NCBI RefSeq assembly: GCF_963921235.1
Contig: NC_086100.1
Location: forward strand, 199,394,001-199,458,000
Direction: 5' to 3'
Source of the DNA: Mobula hypostoma
Lineage: Eukaryota
DNA: 64,000 nt
The notes beneath the pieces were generated by a model. The model was not told the DNA's origin. It saw only the letters and a program-made list of their open reading frames with translations, and did no database searches. Both the position numbers and the translations under genes were made by a program. Positions 35,755-47,700 of this stretch are shown here, in pieces (the stretch's first letter is position 1; the number at the start of each line of letters is the position of its first letter).

Positions 35755-36357
35755 ATCTAAACCCTTGGAACTAATCAGGTGCCAATCAATATTAGGGAAG
35801 TTATAGTCACCCATGATAACAACCCTGTTATTTTTGCACCTTTCCAAAATCTGACTCCCAATCTGCTCCTCGGTATCTCTGCTGCTACCAGGGGGCCTAT
35901 AGAATACCCCCAGTAGAGTAACTGCTCCCTTCCTGTTCTTGACTTCCACCCATACGGACTGAAAAGAGGATCCTGCTACATTACCCACCCTTTCTGTAGC
36001 TGTAATAGTTTCCCTGACCAGTAATGCCACCCCTCCTCCCCTTCCCCACCCCCCCATACCTTTTAAAGCTCTGAAATCCAGGAATATTGAGAATCTATTC
36101 CTGCCCTGGTGTCAGCCAAGTCTCTGTAATGGCCACTACAACATAATTCCATGTATGTATCCAAGCTCTCAGTTCATCACCTTTGTTCCTGATGCTTCTT
36201 GCATTGAAGTACATGCACTTTAGCCCTTCTACCTTACTACCTCTACACCCTTTATTCTGCTTCTCTTTCCTCTAAGCCTCTCTATATGTTAGACCTGGCC
36301 TTACTCCATGCACTTCTTCCACTGCTCTGTTGTTCCAGGTCCCATCCCCCTTGCAAA

Positions 36358-37299
36358 TCAGTTTAAACCCTCCCGAACCATGCTGGCAAACCTACCTGCA
36401 AGGATATTGCTCCCCCTCGAGTTCAGGTGCAACCCATCCAATCTGTACAGGTCCCACCTTCCCCAGAAGAGATCCCAATGATCCAAAAATCTAAAACCCT
36501 GCTCCCTGCACCAACTCCTCAGCCACGCATTCAACTGCCATCTCCTCCAATTCTTACCATCACTGTCACGTAGCACTGGCAGCAATCCTGAGAACGTCAC
36601 TCTTGAGGTCCTGTTCTTCAGCCTTCTGCCTAGTTCCCAAAACTCACACTTCAGGACCTCATCCCTCTTCCTGCCTATGTCGTTGGTACCAACATGTATC
36701 ATGACTTCTGGTTGCCTTCCCTCTCGTACCAGGATGTCGTGCACCCGGTCAGAGACATCCCGGACCCTGGCACCCGGGAGGCAACAAAACATGCGGGTGT
36801 CCTTCTCACGTCCACAAAATCTCCTGTCTGCTCCCCTGACTATAGAGTCTCCAATGACGACAGCTCTCCTCTTCTCTGTCCCACCCTTCTGCACCACTTG
36901 GACAGACTCAGTGCCGGAGGCCCTGCCACCGTGGCTCACACCTGGTCGGTTGTCCCCGCCAACAGTATCCAGGACGGTAAACTTATTATTCAGGGGAATG
37001 GCTACAGGGGTGCTCTGTACTACCTGTCTGCTCACCTTCACTTTCCCCCCTCTGACTGTCACCCAACAACCTGCTTCCGACAGCCTAGGTGTGACTACCT
37101 CCCTGTAGCTCTCATCTATGACTGCCTCATTCTCCCTTATGAGTCGACGGTCATCCAGCTGGTGCTCCAGATTCCTTACACGGTCTTCCAGATCGCCCAG
37201 CCGTATGCACTTCTGGCAGATGTGACTCTGCGGGAGAGGGGAGTTCCCCCAAAACTGCCACATCTCACATGACAGGCACATCACCGTCTCAGGAGGCAT
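36358..37299 (-). CDS. CR1 ORF1p (N-terminal Cys cluster, coiled coil, SGNH esterase domain), 313 aa
   Basis: CLSC...CQKC, VIGDSIVR, CCLPGA, HVGTND, DGLHL motifs; frame uninterrupted. Confidence 0.88.
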   Translation of the reverse strand: MPPETVMCLSCEMWQFWGNSPLPQSHICQKCIRLGDLEDRVRNLEHQLDDRRLIRENEAVIDESYREVVTPRLSEAGCWVTVRGGKVKVSRQVVQSTPVAIPLNNKFTVLDTVGGDNRPGVSHGGRASGTESVQVVQKGGTEKRRAVVIGDSIVRGADRRFCGREKDTRMFCCLPGARVRDVSDRVHDILVREGRQPEVMIHVGTNDIGRKRDEVLKCEFWELGRRLKNRTSRVTFSGLLPVLRDSDGKNWRRWQLNAWLRSWCREQGFRFLDHWDLFWGRWDLYRLDGLHLNSRGSNILAGRFASMVREGLN

Positions 37300-38012
37300 T
37301 GTAAAGACTAACTGCGATCAAGCTTGTCTTCCGCCTCTTCTCGTCGAAGCCTCAAAGCTCCACTCCTTCACTGGCCCACTCACTCACTGGCCGCTTTCCA
37401 CAGGTTTGGGCTACCCCTCTGTTTATCTGTTTGAACTTTTCAAACTGCTTGGTCACCTGACCTTGATTGTCCAATCAGCTGCTTCCTGCTGAGTCTGAGC
37501 TATTCAAATCTCGATTGTCCAATCAACGGCTTTCTGCTGATCTATTCAAATCTCGATTGTCCTGATTGTACAGTCCAACTGCCAAAACTGCCAGAATCTC
37601 CCGAGACAACTACACTCATCTATTGAGAGGTTCCTGCAACCAATGATCTCACTATGAGGACTCTTTGTCTTGTTATTTCATACTCTCATTATTTATCGCT
37701 ATTCCTTTGCATTTGCACAGTTTTTTGTCGTCTGTGCTCTTGCTCTTTTATTGATCCTGTTTACAATTACTATTCTATAGATTTGCTGAGCAGGCCTGCA
37801 CAGGAAGAATCTCAGGGTTGTATGTGGTGACATATACTGTATGTACTCTGATAATAATTTTTACTGTGAAATTTGAAGACATACGGTTCGGTTTAGTGAG
37901 TTGAGGACATGGTGACACTTGCAGGCTGCCCCAGGCTCTGCTGGTAATGGACACAAATGATGCATTTCACTTTGTGTTTTGACGTACACAGGACAAATAA
38001 AGCTCATCTTTC

Positions 38013-38018
38013 TTTATT
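38013..38018 (-). terminator. candidate poly(A) signal of the SDR gene
   Basis: AATAAA on the minus strand ~350 nt after the stop codon; positional evidence only. Confidence 0.35.
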
Positions 38019-38369
38019 TTCACAGATCCACAGAATGAGGGAAGGGAGGGAAGGGAGGGGAGGGGGAGGGAAAGGGAGGGGAGGGGAGGGGAGGGAAAGG
38101 GAGGGGAGGGGGAGGGGAGGGGAAGGGAGGGAAGGGGAGGGGAAGGGAGGGGTGGAAGTGAAGATGGGAAAGGTTTGGAAAGGGTGGGGGTGAAGATGGG
38201 AAAGGTTTGGAGAGGGTAGGGGGGATGTGGACAGGCAGGACGGGGTGGGATGGTGGAATGGGGACTATGAGGAAGGTCGGGTGGGGTGGGGTGGGGTGGG
38301 GTGGGGCGGGGTGTTGGAAGACATATTGCCCTTCTTGTCGTGTGGCTCTGAGCACTTCATGGTCTCCCG

Positions 38370-38573
38370 TTAGTGTGTCTCTCCCGTACCACCCTCACTG
38401 AGGCCGGTCAGTGTGGCGCTGGCTTCCCAGAGTTTCCTGGCCAAGGCTGCATCCTGTGCGGTGGGGCTGGGGAGGGAGAGGGAGCAGTCGCTGTCGATGT
38501 ACTTGCCGCTGACATCCTCCATCTCCTTGGACAGGGCGCAGTAGATGGAGCTGACGGCTCCCTCCTCTGCAGA
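38370..38573 (-). CDS. SDR/RDH-like gene, last coding exon
   Basis: SAEEGAVSSIYCALSKEMEDVSGKYIDSDC...LARKLWEASATLTGL...TAA, a typical RDH C-terminus (SGKY, LWE-S). Acceptor tgcAG, phase 0. Confidence 0.92.
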   Translation of the reverse strand, partial: SAEEGAVSSIYCALSKEMEDVSGKYIDSDCSLSLPSPTAQDAALARKLWEASATLTGLSEGGTGETH

Positions 38574-39299
38574 CTGCAATACACAGACACAGTTAGTGGG
38601 AATCCAGGACCCACTGCATCCACCACTACCCCTTCAGATCATAAGACAGAGCAGAATGAGGCCATTCAGCCCATTGAGTCTGCTCCACCATTCCATCATG
38701 GCTGATTTACTATCCCTCTCAATCCCATTCTCCTGTCTTCTCCCCGTAACCTTTGATGCCCTGACTAATCAAGAACCTATCAACCTCCGCTACAGATACA
38801 CCCAATGACTTTGCCTCCACAGCTAACCATGGTAATTAATTCCACAGATTCACCATCCTCTGGCTAAAGAAATTCACTCTCATCTCTGTTCTATTCCTGG
38901 AATCATCCTTATGAACCTCCTCTGGATCTTCTCCAATGCCAGCACATTTTTCTTTGATGAGGGACGCAAAACTGCTCACTGTACTCCAAATGTGATCTGA
39001 CCAATGGCTTATTAGGCCAGAGGGGCTAGGCATAGAAAGCAGGGATTGGGGGAGGACAGGGAGGAGAGGGTTAGGGAGGTGGGGATGCAGGGGCTGGAGG
39101 AGGAGACACTCAAGCAGCAGAGATATAGATCAACACAGAAACAGGCTCTTCGGCCCATCTAGTCAATGTAGATCACGGTGACCACCCAGCTGGTCCCAAT
39201 TTCTCCCAATTTCCTGCGGTCAGCCCACATCTCTCTAAGGCTTTCCTCTCTATGTACCTATCCAAGTGCTTATTAAATACTATTGTACCTGTCTCTCCA

Positions 39300-39635
39300 C
39301 CTGGGTGGTGGGGTGGAGACACATCTCTACCAAAGGAGGTGTAAGGCTCTCCTTCCCTCTGCTGCCTGCAGGTCACCCTTGGGCAAGGTGTAGCACCTTC
39401 CCAGCCCCTGATCAGGGCCACGTAAAGCCATGGGAGCAGCTGGTGCATATCGCAAGTCCTGGTTATGCAGCCACGGATGCCAGTCAATCTCTGAAGCGTA
39501 TTGTTAACGGCTGGGGCCATCTGTCTTGTAAAGACACTGCCCAGAAGCAATGGCAAACCACTTCTGTAGAGAAATTTACCAAGAACAATCTTGGTCATGG
39601 AAAGACCTGATTGCTCACATCATACAACACGGCAA
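39300..39635 (+). mobile_element. RTE-related SINE-like repeat (partial second copy at 14405-14525, minus)
   Basis: Shares ggtggagac/t...ctctaccaaa...gcctgcaggtcac...gggcaagg with the second copy; Bov-A-like agaagcaatggcaaaccacttc near the 3' end. Confidence 0.5.
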
Positions 39636-39861
39636 ATCACGAACAAACCTGCTTTAACCACTTCCTCTGGCAGCTTGTTTTATATACATGCCAATCTTTG
39701 CAAAGAAAAGTCGCCCCTTGGGTTCCTTTTAAATCATTCTCCCCTCACCTTTAACCTCTGCCCTCTAGTACTGGACTCCCCCAACTTGTGGAAAAGACTG
39801 TTAACGTTCCCTTTATCAGTGCCTCTCATATTTTTAAACATTTCTACAAGACATCTCTCAC

Positions 39862-39971
39862 CTTGAAGAAGAAGAATCCAATCAGGTTGAAGATGATCCT
39901 GAAGTGTAGACCGTAGTATCTCATTATCCCTGTCATCACCACCCCGGGATGGACCGCATTCACAGTCACAC
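39862..39971 (-). CDS. SDR/RDH-like gene, coding exon D
   Basis: Read by hand (frame not in the ORF track): GVTVNAVHPGVVMTGIMRYYGLHFRIIFNLIGFFFFK, with the HPG motif. Acceptor caAG, donor GTGAGA; 110 nt, phase 1 to 0. Confidence 0.9.
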
Positions 39972-40719
39972 CTTGATTCAAAATCAAACACAGGATTGTT
40001 CCAAAGCTCTCTCTGTCAGGGTCTCAGTTGATCAGACTACCAACGTCAGAGTCATCCAGGTTATTCCAAAACTCTGCTTCGACCAGTCAGTCTACCACCA
40101 TCGGAGTCACCCGGCACAGAACCAGCAGGGTGACTTGGTAGAGGTGTACAATGTGATAAGAGGCAAAGATCAACTGGACATCCATAGACTTTCCCTCCAG
40201 GTGGAACTGACTGACACAACCAGGCATCATTTTAAGGTGATTGCAGGAAAGTATTGCGAGGTGGGGGGATGTCAAAGGTAGGTTCTTTCCACAGACAGGG
40301 GGTGTATAGAATAACCTGCCAGGAGTGGTGGTGAAGGCGGACAGAGGAGGACATTCAAAAGGCTCTTCGATCGGCACATAGGTGATAGAAAATGGAGGGT
40401 GATGTGGGACAGAAGGGTTAGATTTATCTTAGATTTGGTTAAAAGTTCAGCACATCCAGTTCATTCAAACCATTTAAGCTGCTGACTCCTAATGACCTGC
40501 TGGGACCATAGCCTTCCACACCCCTACCACCCATGTAGCTATCCGGACTTCACCTAAACCTTGAAATCAAGCTCACGTGCACCGCGTGCTGGCAGCTTGT
40601 TCCACACGCTCATGATCCTCTACGTGATGATGTTTCCCTGCGTCTCCCTCAAAGTTTTCACCTTTTGCCCTCAAACCCCGATATTTTTCCAACAATCACC
40701 TTAAAATGATGCCTGGTTT

Positions 40720-42040
40720 GTGTAACGTTGAGGAGTTAGAGGGGTCACTGTATTTCAGTGTTTCTGTAATGGTGAGGTGTTAGAGGGGGTACTCTATTTC
40801 AGTGGTTGTGTAACGTTGAGGTGTTAGAGGGGTCACTGTATTTCAGTGGTTGTGTAATGGTGAGGTGTTAGAGGGGGTACTCTATTTCAGTGGTTGTGTA
40901 ACGTTGAGGTGTTAGAGGGGGCACTGTATTTCAGTGGTTGTGTAACGGTGAGGTGTTAGAGGGGGCACGTATTTCAGTGTTTCTGTAACGTTGAGGGTTT
41001 AGAGGGGTCACCGTATTTCAGCGGTTGTGTAATGGTGAGGTGTTAGAGGGGGTACTGTATTTCAGTGTTTCTGTAATGGTGAGGTGTTAGAGGGGTCACC
41101 GTATTTCAGTGTTTCTGTAACGTTGAGGGTTTAGAGGGGTCACTGTATTTCAGTGTTTCTGTAATGGTGAGGGGTTAGAGGGGTCACTGTATTTCAGTGG
41201 TTGTGTAACGTTGAGGGGTTAGAGGGGTCACTGTATTTCAGTGGTTGTGTAATGGTGAGGTGTTAGAGGGGGTCACTGTATTTCAGTGGTTGTGTAATGG
41301 TGAGGTGTTAGAGGGGTCACTGTATTTCAGTGGTTGTGTAATGGTGAGGTGTTAGAGGGGTCACTGTATTTCAGTGTTTCTGTAATGGTGAGGTGTTAGA
41401 GGGGGTACTGTATTTCAGTGGTTGTGTAACGTTGAGGGGTTAGAGGGGTCACTGTATTTCAGTGGTTGTGTAATGGTGAGGTGTTAGAGGGGTCACTGTA
41501 TTTCAGTGGTTGTGTAATGGTGAGGTGTTAGAGGGGTCACTGTATTTCAGTGGTTGTGTAATGGTGAGGTGTTAGAGGGGTCACCGTATTTCAGTGTTTC
41601 TGTAACGTTGAGGGGTTAGAGGGGTCACTGTATTTCAGTGGTTGTGTAATGGTGAGGTGTTAGAGGGGTCACTGTATTTCAGTGGTTGTGTAATGGTGAG
41701 GTGTTAGAGGGGTCACTGTATTTCAGTGGTTGTGTAATGGTGAGGTGTTAGAGGGGTCACTGTATTTCAGTGGTTGTGTAATGGTGAGGTGTTAGAGGGG
41801 TCACCGTATTTCAGTGGTTGTGTAATAGTGAGGTGTTGAGGGGTCACCGTATTTCAGTGGTTGTGTAATGGTGAGGTGTTAGAGGGGTCGCTGTATTTCA
41901 GTGGTTGTGTAATGGTGAGGTGTTAGAGGGGGTACTGTATTTCAGTGGTTGTGTAATGGTGAGGAGTTAGAGGGGTCACCGTATTTCAGTGTTTCTGTAA
42001 CGTTGAGGGGTTAGAGGAGTCACTGTATTTCAGTGATTTT
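40720..42040. repeat. 44-bp intronic minisatellite, about 30 copies
   Basis: Unit AGTGGTTGTGTAATGGTGAGGTGTTAGAGGGGTCACTGTATTTC with interspersed variants. Confidence 0.95.
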
Positions 42041-42844
42041 TTAACATTATTTCAGCACCTCTGATCTGGGTTCACTTCCATTCGCTATCTATAAGGAGTT
42101 TGTTCGTTCTCCCTGAGAACGGGTGGGGACCCTCCTCGTGCTCAATTTGCTCCATATTCCATTAAGATGCAGAGATTGGGTTCTGGTCTGTGAGTAGTTG
42201 GTATCTCCTGTTGTCACTGGAAGTACGTGCCAGCACTCAGCAAGTGACACATTACACTGTATGTTTCAATATACGTGTGAAAAATAAAGTTAGTCTCATC
42301 TCCATGAAGTGGGATCAAAGGTTGTAGGAGGTTGATGACTAATGCCCCAAGCTGAGCCTGTTTGATTTCATAGGACCCATGGTTCAGGCTTAGTGTTGTA
42401 GCCATGAACAATTCAGCAGCTTAACTTCAGGAGTAAGAATTGTAAATAGGGACACAGGAGAGGACCTGTCAAAGATAGCGACCATCCCTCTCTCTGCAGA
42501 ACTTGCCTGACATGCTGTGTTTCTGCACAGACAGCGAGAATTTTAAATTATTTTAAATTGATTCACAGGGGCCCTTCAGCCCATCTGGTCAGCATTAACC
42601 AACGGCTGTCCATGAATATTGATTCCACACTCCCCCTCTCCAATCACTGGGGGGCAATTTCCAGCGGGCAATTAATCCGCACATCTTTGCGATGTGTGCT
42701 GTTCCCTGTGACACTGCACTGTGTGAAACGTCAGAGATTTGTGACCTTCCCCTCCCACCCCCGACCCAATCCAAATTTCAGCCTCTCCCTGGATCCACGC
42801 AAAACCTGCCCCTGTCCATCCTGTATCCTGAGCCGGCCCCCAAC

Positions 42845-43030
42845 CTGTGTGCCGTAGCTGCTTGGAGAGTTCCAGGGTGAAGAGGATATTCATCAGTTTG
42901 CTGTTGTTGTAGAGCTGGTCAAAGAGTCCCAGGTCCTCGCCCCGCAGTTGCCCCAGCTTCACCTCCCCTCGCCTGTGGTTCATGGAGGAGACGTTTACAA
43001 TCCGGCTGCTTGGAGACCTCTTCAGCAGAC
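42845..43030 (-). CDS. SDR/RDH-like gene, coding exon C (catalytic Ser and YxxxK)
   Basis: GLLKRSPSSRIVNVSSMNH...LYNNSKLMNILFTLELSKQLRHT, with RIVNVSS and YNNSK. Acceptor ccAG, donor GTTGGG; 186 nt, phase 1 to 1. Confidence 0.92.
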
Positions 43031-43964
43031 CTGGTCCATAAGACATAGGAGCAGAATTAGGCCATTTGATCCAGCGGGTTTGTTCTGCTAGTCCATCATG
43101 GCTGATTATTTTCCCACCCAGTACCATGCCTTCTCCCGTAACCTTTGACACCCTGACGAGTCAAGGCCATATCAACTTCCATTTTAAATACACTCAAAGA
43201 CTTAGCCACTGCAGCCGTCTGTGGCAATGAATTCCACAGATTCACCATTCTCCAGCTAAAGAAATTCCTTCTCATCTCTCATCTAAATAGATGTCCCTCT
43301 ATTCTGAGGCTGTGCCCTCTGGTCTTAGACTCTCCCACTGTTGGAAGCATCCTCTCCGTGTCCATTCTAAATTCTATATTCAATAAGTTTTAATGAGATC
43401 TTACCTCAATCTTCTAAACTCCAGCGAGCACCCGACCAGTGCCATCAAAAGTTTGTCTTGTGTGAGGTCTTTTATTCCCAGAATCATTCTCGTAAACCCC
43501 CTCTGGACCCTCTCCAATATCAGCACATCTTTTCTTAGAAAAGGGACCCAAAAATCGGAGGCAGCCTTGCAACAGAACGGCCAGCAATGTCAGGCCAGCG
43601 TTTCCCTGGACAAGTGTGACCATTCTCCTCGACAGACATTGCCTATCGGCCGAGTTCCTCCCTCCGGCATTCTGTGTGTATTGCTTCCCCTGTCCCGCTC
43701 ATGCTCACCGGCCACCCCCAGGTCACTGTTACACCCTCCCCTTCTCACTGTGAGCTTATGCCCCCTCACTGCCGACTCCCCTCCCCTGGGGTGGGGCATC
43801 AGATGGGAGTCCCTCACCCGGCAGCAGGCTGGTCAGAAGGAAGAGGCCCAGGGTGGGAGGTGTTTTTGCTGAGGGGGTGTTCTGTCCCTGGACGTGTCTG
43901 TTCTGAGGGGTGTGGGGGTTGTTGGTGAGACTGAAGGGGGAGGGAGGAGCCACAGGACACTCAC

Positions 43965-44054
43965 CCAGCAGCAGGTTGGTCAGCAGGAAGTGGCCCAGAT
44001 GGTTGGTGGCGAAGGTCAGCTCCAAGCCCTCGGGAGTGACGGCAGTCGGCAGAC
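43965..44054 (-). CDS. SDR/RDH-like gene, coding exon B
   Basis: GLPTAVTPEGLELTFATNHLGHFLLTNLLL (NHLGHFLLT motif of RDH11/12/WWOX-like SDRs). Acceptor ccccccAG, donor GTGAGT; 90 nt, phase 1 to 1. Confidence 0.93.
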
Positions 44055-44764
44055 CTGGGGGGAGACAGATTGTTGGGTACATCGTCCTTTACATTTCATA
44101 ATGAATCCAGAGCAAGCAGACACAAAATGCTGCAGGAACTCAGCAGGCCAGGCAGCGTCCATGGGGAGGAACAACCAGCTGATGTTTTGGGCCGGGACCC
44201 TTTATCAGAATGTTCAGGAACCAGTCATCTCGGTGAGAGGGCTGGAGGGAAATGGACTGTCCCAGGAGCAGGGCAGGGGAGGTGCCCCCGGGGTCAGGGA
44301 GGAAGCGGGGGGAGGGAGAGGAGTGAGACGTGGGAGGAGGAGGAGGTGTGGTGTGGGTATCGGGGAGGAGGAGGGGGTAGAGGGAGGGTGGGGAAAAGGC
44401 TGGTCTCAGGGAGGGTGAGCATTTGCCCAGAGGGCAATTGAGGTGTAGTCCATACAGCTTGGGGCGGGGGGGGGGCAGGTGAGGAGGGTGACGGAAACTA
44501 ACGAGGGCTCCGCACCAACGGCAGACCACTGCCTCCCCACGACCCTCCCTGCATCCTCACCCCTCCCTGGGACACTCCACCCTTCCCTCCATGCTGAGCC
44601 CCTTGTCCTGGAGACTCCCTCCCCCTGCCCACCTTCAGCCACTTCTCCAGCACACTCTACAACCCTCCCATAAAACTCCCTGCTCTGTCCCCCCACCCCA
44701 CCGCCCTCTCTCCTCTCCCAACCCTCCCCTTTCCCCTCACTCCCCCGTGCGTGAAAGTCAGTCC

Positions 44765-47700
44765 ATGAAGCAGCGGGAGTATTTAAAAGAGAGCAGTTCA
44801 ACGGAGCGGGCAACGTTGTAGTGGACGATGGAGTAGAGGGAGACAGAGTAGGGAGGCTTTGACTCGAGAGGCTTCGGCGAGCAGAGGCTGAGGACGAGCT
44901 TCGCTCTAAGTGAGGGAAGGCCGGGTAAGTTCCTTTAAAAGGAGAACGGTCTGCAGCGGGTTTTTATTTGAAGCAAGGAAGGTGGCGAGGCTGTAGCGTA
45001 TTGGGTAGGTCATGACAGCTGAGATCGGCCCCGTGGTTTCTTCCTCCTGCAGCATGTGGGAAATCAGGGATACTTCCAGTGTCCCTGACGACTATGTGTG
45101 CAGGAAATGTGTCCAGCTGCAGCTTCTGGCAGACCGCATTGAGCAGCTGGAGCTGCGACTGGATTCATCCTGGAGCATCCGCGATGTTGAGAAAGTTGTG
45201 AATAGCACGTTCAGTGAGTCGGCCACACCACAGATACACAGGCAGAAAGGGAATGGGTGGCCACTAGACAGCGTAGCAGTAGGCAGGTAGTGCAGGAGTC
45301 CCCTGAGGTCACCTCCCTCCTAAACAGATATACTGTTTTGGATACTGTTTGGGGAGATGTCTCCTCAGGGGAAGGCAGCAGCAGCCGAGTTCATGGCACC
45401 ATGGGTGGCTCTGCGGCACAGGAGGGAAGGAAAGGGAGTGGGAGAGCTATAGTGATAGGGGATTCGATTGTAAGGGGAACAGATAGACATTTCTGCGGCC
45501 GCAAACAAGACTCCAGGAGGGTATGTTGCCTCCCTGGTGCAAGGGTCAAGGATGTCTCTGAGCGGCTGCAGGACATTCTGGAGTGGGAGGGTGAACAGCC
45601 AGTGGTCGTGGTGCACATAGGTACCAACGATATAGGTAAAAAATGGGATGAGGTCTTACAAGGTGAATTTGGGGAGTTAGGAGATAAACTAAAAAGTAGG
45701 ACCACAAAGGTAATAATCTCTGGATTACTACCAGTGACATGTGCTAGTCAGAGTAGAAATAGGAGGATATTTCAGATGAATACGTGGCTTGAAATGGTGC
45801 AAGCGGGAGGTAGTCAAATTTCTGGGGCATTGGAACCAGTTCTGGAGGAGGTGGGACAGGTACAAACAGGACGGTCTGCACCTGGGCTGGACTGGAACCA
45901 ATGTCCTAGGGGGAACATTTGCTACTGTTGTTCAGGAGGATTTAAACTAATGTGGCAGGGGGACGGGAACAAGTGCAGAGAGACAGAGGGGTGTAAAATG
46001 AGGGTAGGAGCAAAAAGTAGTAAGGGAAAAGTAAAAGTGGCAGGTCGGCAAATCCAGGGCAAAAATCAAAAAAGGCCACTTTTCAACATAATTGTATAGG
46101 GCTAAGAGTGTTGTAAAAACAAGCCTGAAGGCTTTGTGTGTCAACGCAAGGAGCATTTGTAACAAGGTGGATGAATTGAATGTGCAGATAGTTATTAATG
46201 AATATGATATAATTGGGGTCACAGAGACATGGCTCCAGGGTGACCAAGGATGGGAGCTCAACGTTCAGGGATATTCAATATTCAGGAGGGATAGACATGA
46301 AAGAAAAGGAGGTGGGGTAGCATTGCTGGTTAGAGAGGAGATTAACACAATAGAAAGGAAGGACATTAGCCGGGAGGATGTGGAATCGATATGGGTAGCG
46401 CTGCATAACACTAAGGGTCAGAAAATGCTGGTGGGAGTTGTGTACAGGCCAAACAGTAGAAGTGAGGTTGGGGATGGCGTTAAACAGGAAATTAGAAATG
46501 TGTGCAATAAAGGAACAGCAGTCATAATGGGTGACTTCTATCTACATGTAGATTGGGTGAACCAAATTGGTAAGGGTGCTGAGGAAGAGGATTTCTTGGA
46601 ATGAATGCGGGATAGTTTTCTGAACCAACATGTCGAGGAACCAACCAGAGAGCAGGCTATTCTAGACTGGGTTTTGAGCAATGAGGAAGGGTTAATTAGC
46701 GATCTTGTCGTGAGAGGCCCCTTGGGTAAGAGTGACAATAATATGGTGGAATTCTTCATTAAGATGGAGAGTGACATAGTTAATTCAGAAACAAAGGTTC
46801 TGAACTTAAAGAAGGGTAACTTTGAAGGTATGAGACGTGAATTAGCTAAGATAGACTGGCAAATGACACTTCAAGGGTTGACGGTGGATATGCAATGGCA
46901 AGCATTTAAAGTTCGCTTGGATGAACTGCAACAATTGTTCATCCCAGTTTGGCAAAAGAATAAACCAGGGAAGGTAGTGCACCCAAGGCTGACAAGGGAA
47001 ATTAGGGATAGTATCAATTCCAAAGAAGAAACATACAAATTAGCCAGAAAAAGCAGCACACCTGAGGACTGGGAGAAATTCAGAGTCCAGCAGAGGAGGA
47101 CAAAGGGCTTAATTAGGAAAGGGAAAAAAGTTTATGAGAGAAAGCTGGCAGGGAACATAAAAACTGACTGTAAACATTTTTACAGATATGTGAAAAGAAA
47201 AAGATTGGTTAAGACAAATGTAGGTCCCTTACAGTCAGAAACAGGTGAATTGATCATGGGGTACAAGGACATGGCAGACCAGTTGAATAACTACTTTGGT
47301 TCTGTCTTTACTAAGGAGGACATAAATAACCTTCCAGAAATAGTAGGGGACTGAGGGTCTAGTGAGATGGAGGAACTGAGGGAAATGCATGTTAGTAGGG
47401 AAGTGGTGTTAGGTAAATTGAAGGGATTAAAGGCAGATAAATCCCCAGGGCCAGATGGTCTGCATCCTAGAGTGCTTAAGGAAGTAGCCCAAGAAATAGT
47501 GGATGCATCAGTGATAATTTTTCAAAACTCTAATTTAGATTCTGGATTAGTTCCTGAGGATTGGAGGGTGGCTAATGTAACCCCACTTTTTAAAAAAGGA
47601 AGGACAGAGAAGCCGGGGAATTATAGACCGGTTAGCCTGACATCGGTGGTGGGGAAACTGCTGGAGTCAGTTATCAAAGATGTGATAACAGCACATTTGG

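Larger units (their letters stand above)
32492..37600 (-). mobile_element. near full-length CR1 LINE (ORF1 intact, ORF2 decayed)
   Basis: ORF1 at 36358-37299; EN (GVFYRPP, MGDYNFP, LDLVLGNEP, SDH) and RT (KAFDKVP, GVPQ.SVLGP, LVRPQLEYC) fragments in order; CR1 3' tail near 32500; 5' end approximate. Confidence 0.9.

Noticed and set aside
38030..38315. Pro/Gly-rich ORFs downstream of the SDR stop
   Set aside because: Low-complexity G-rich simple repeats in the probable 3' UTR.
44115..44212. Penelope-derived remnants with hammerhead-like sequence (also ~5560-5685)
   Set aside because: Cores are degenerate (CUGAUAA...AAAAC), so they are not credible ribozymes.
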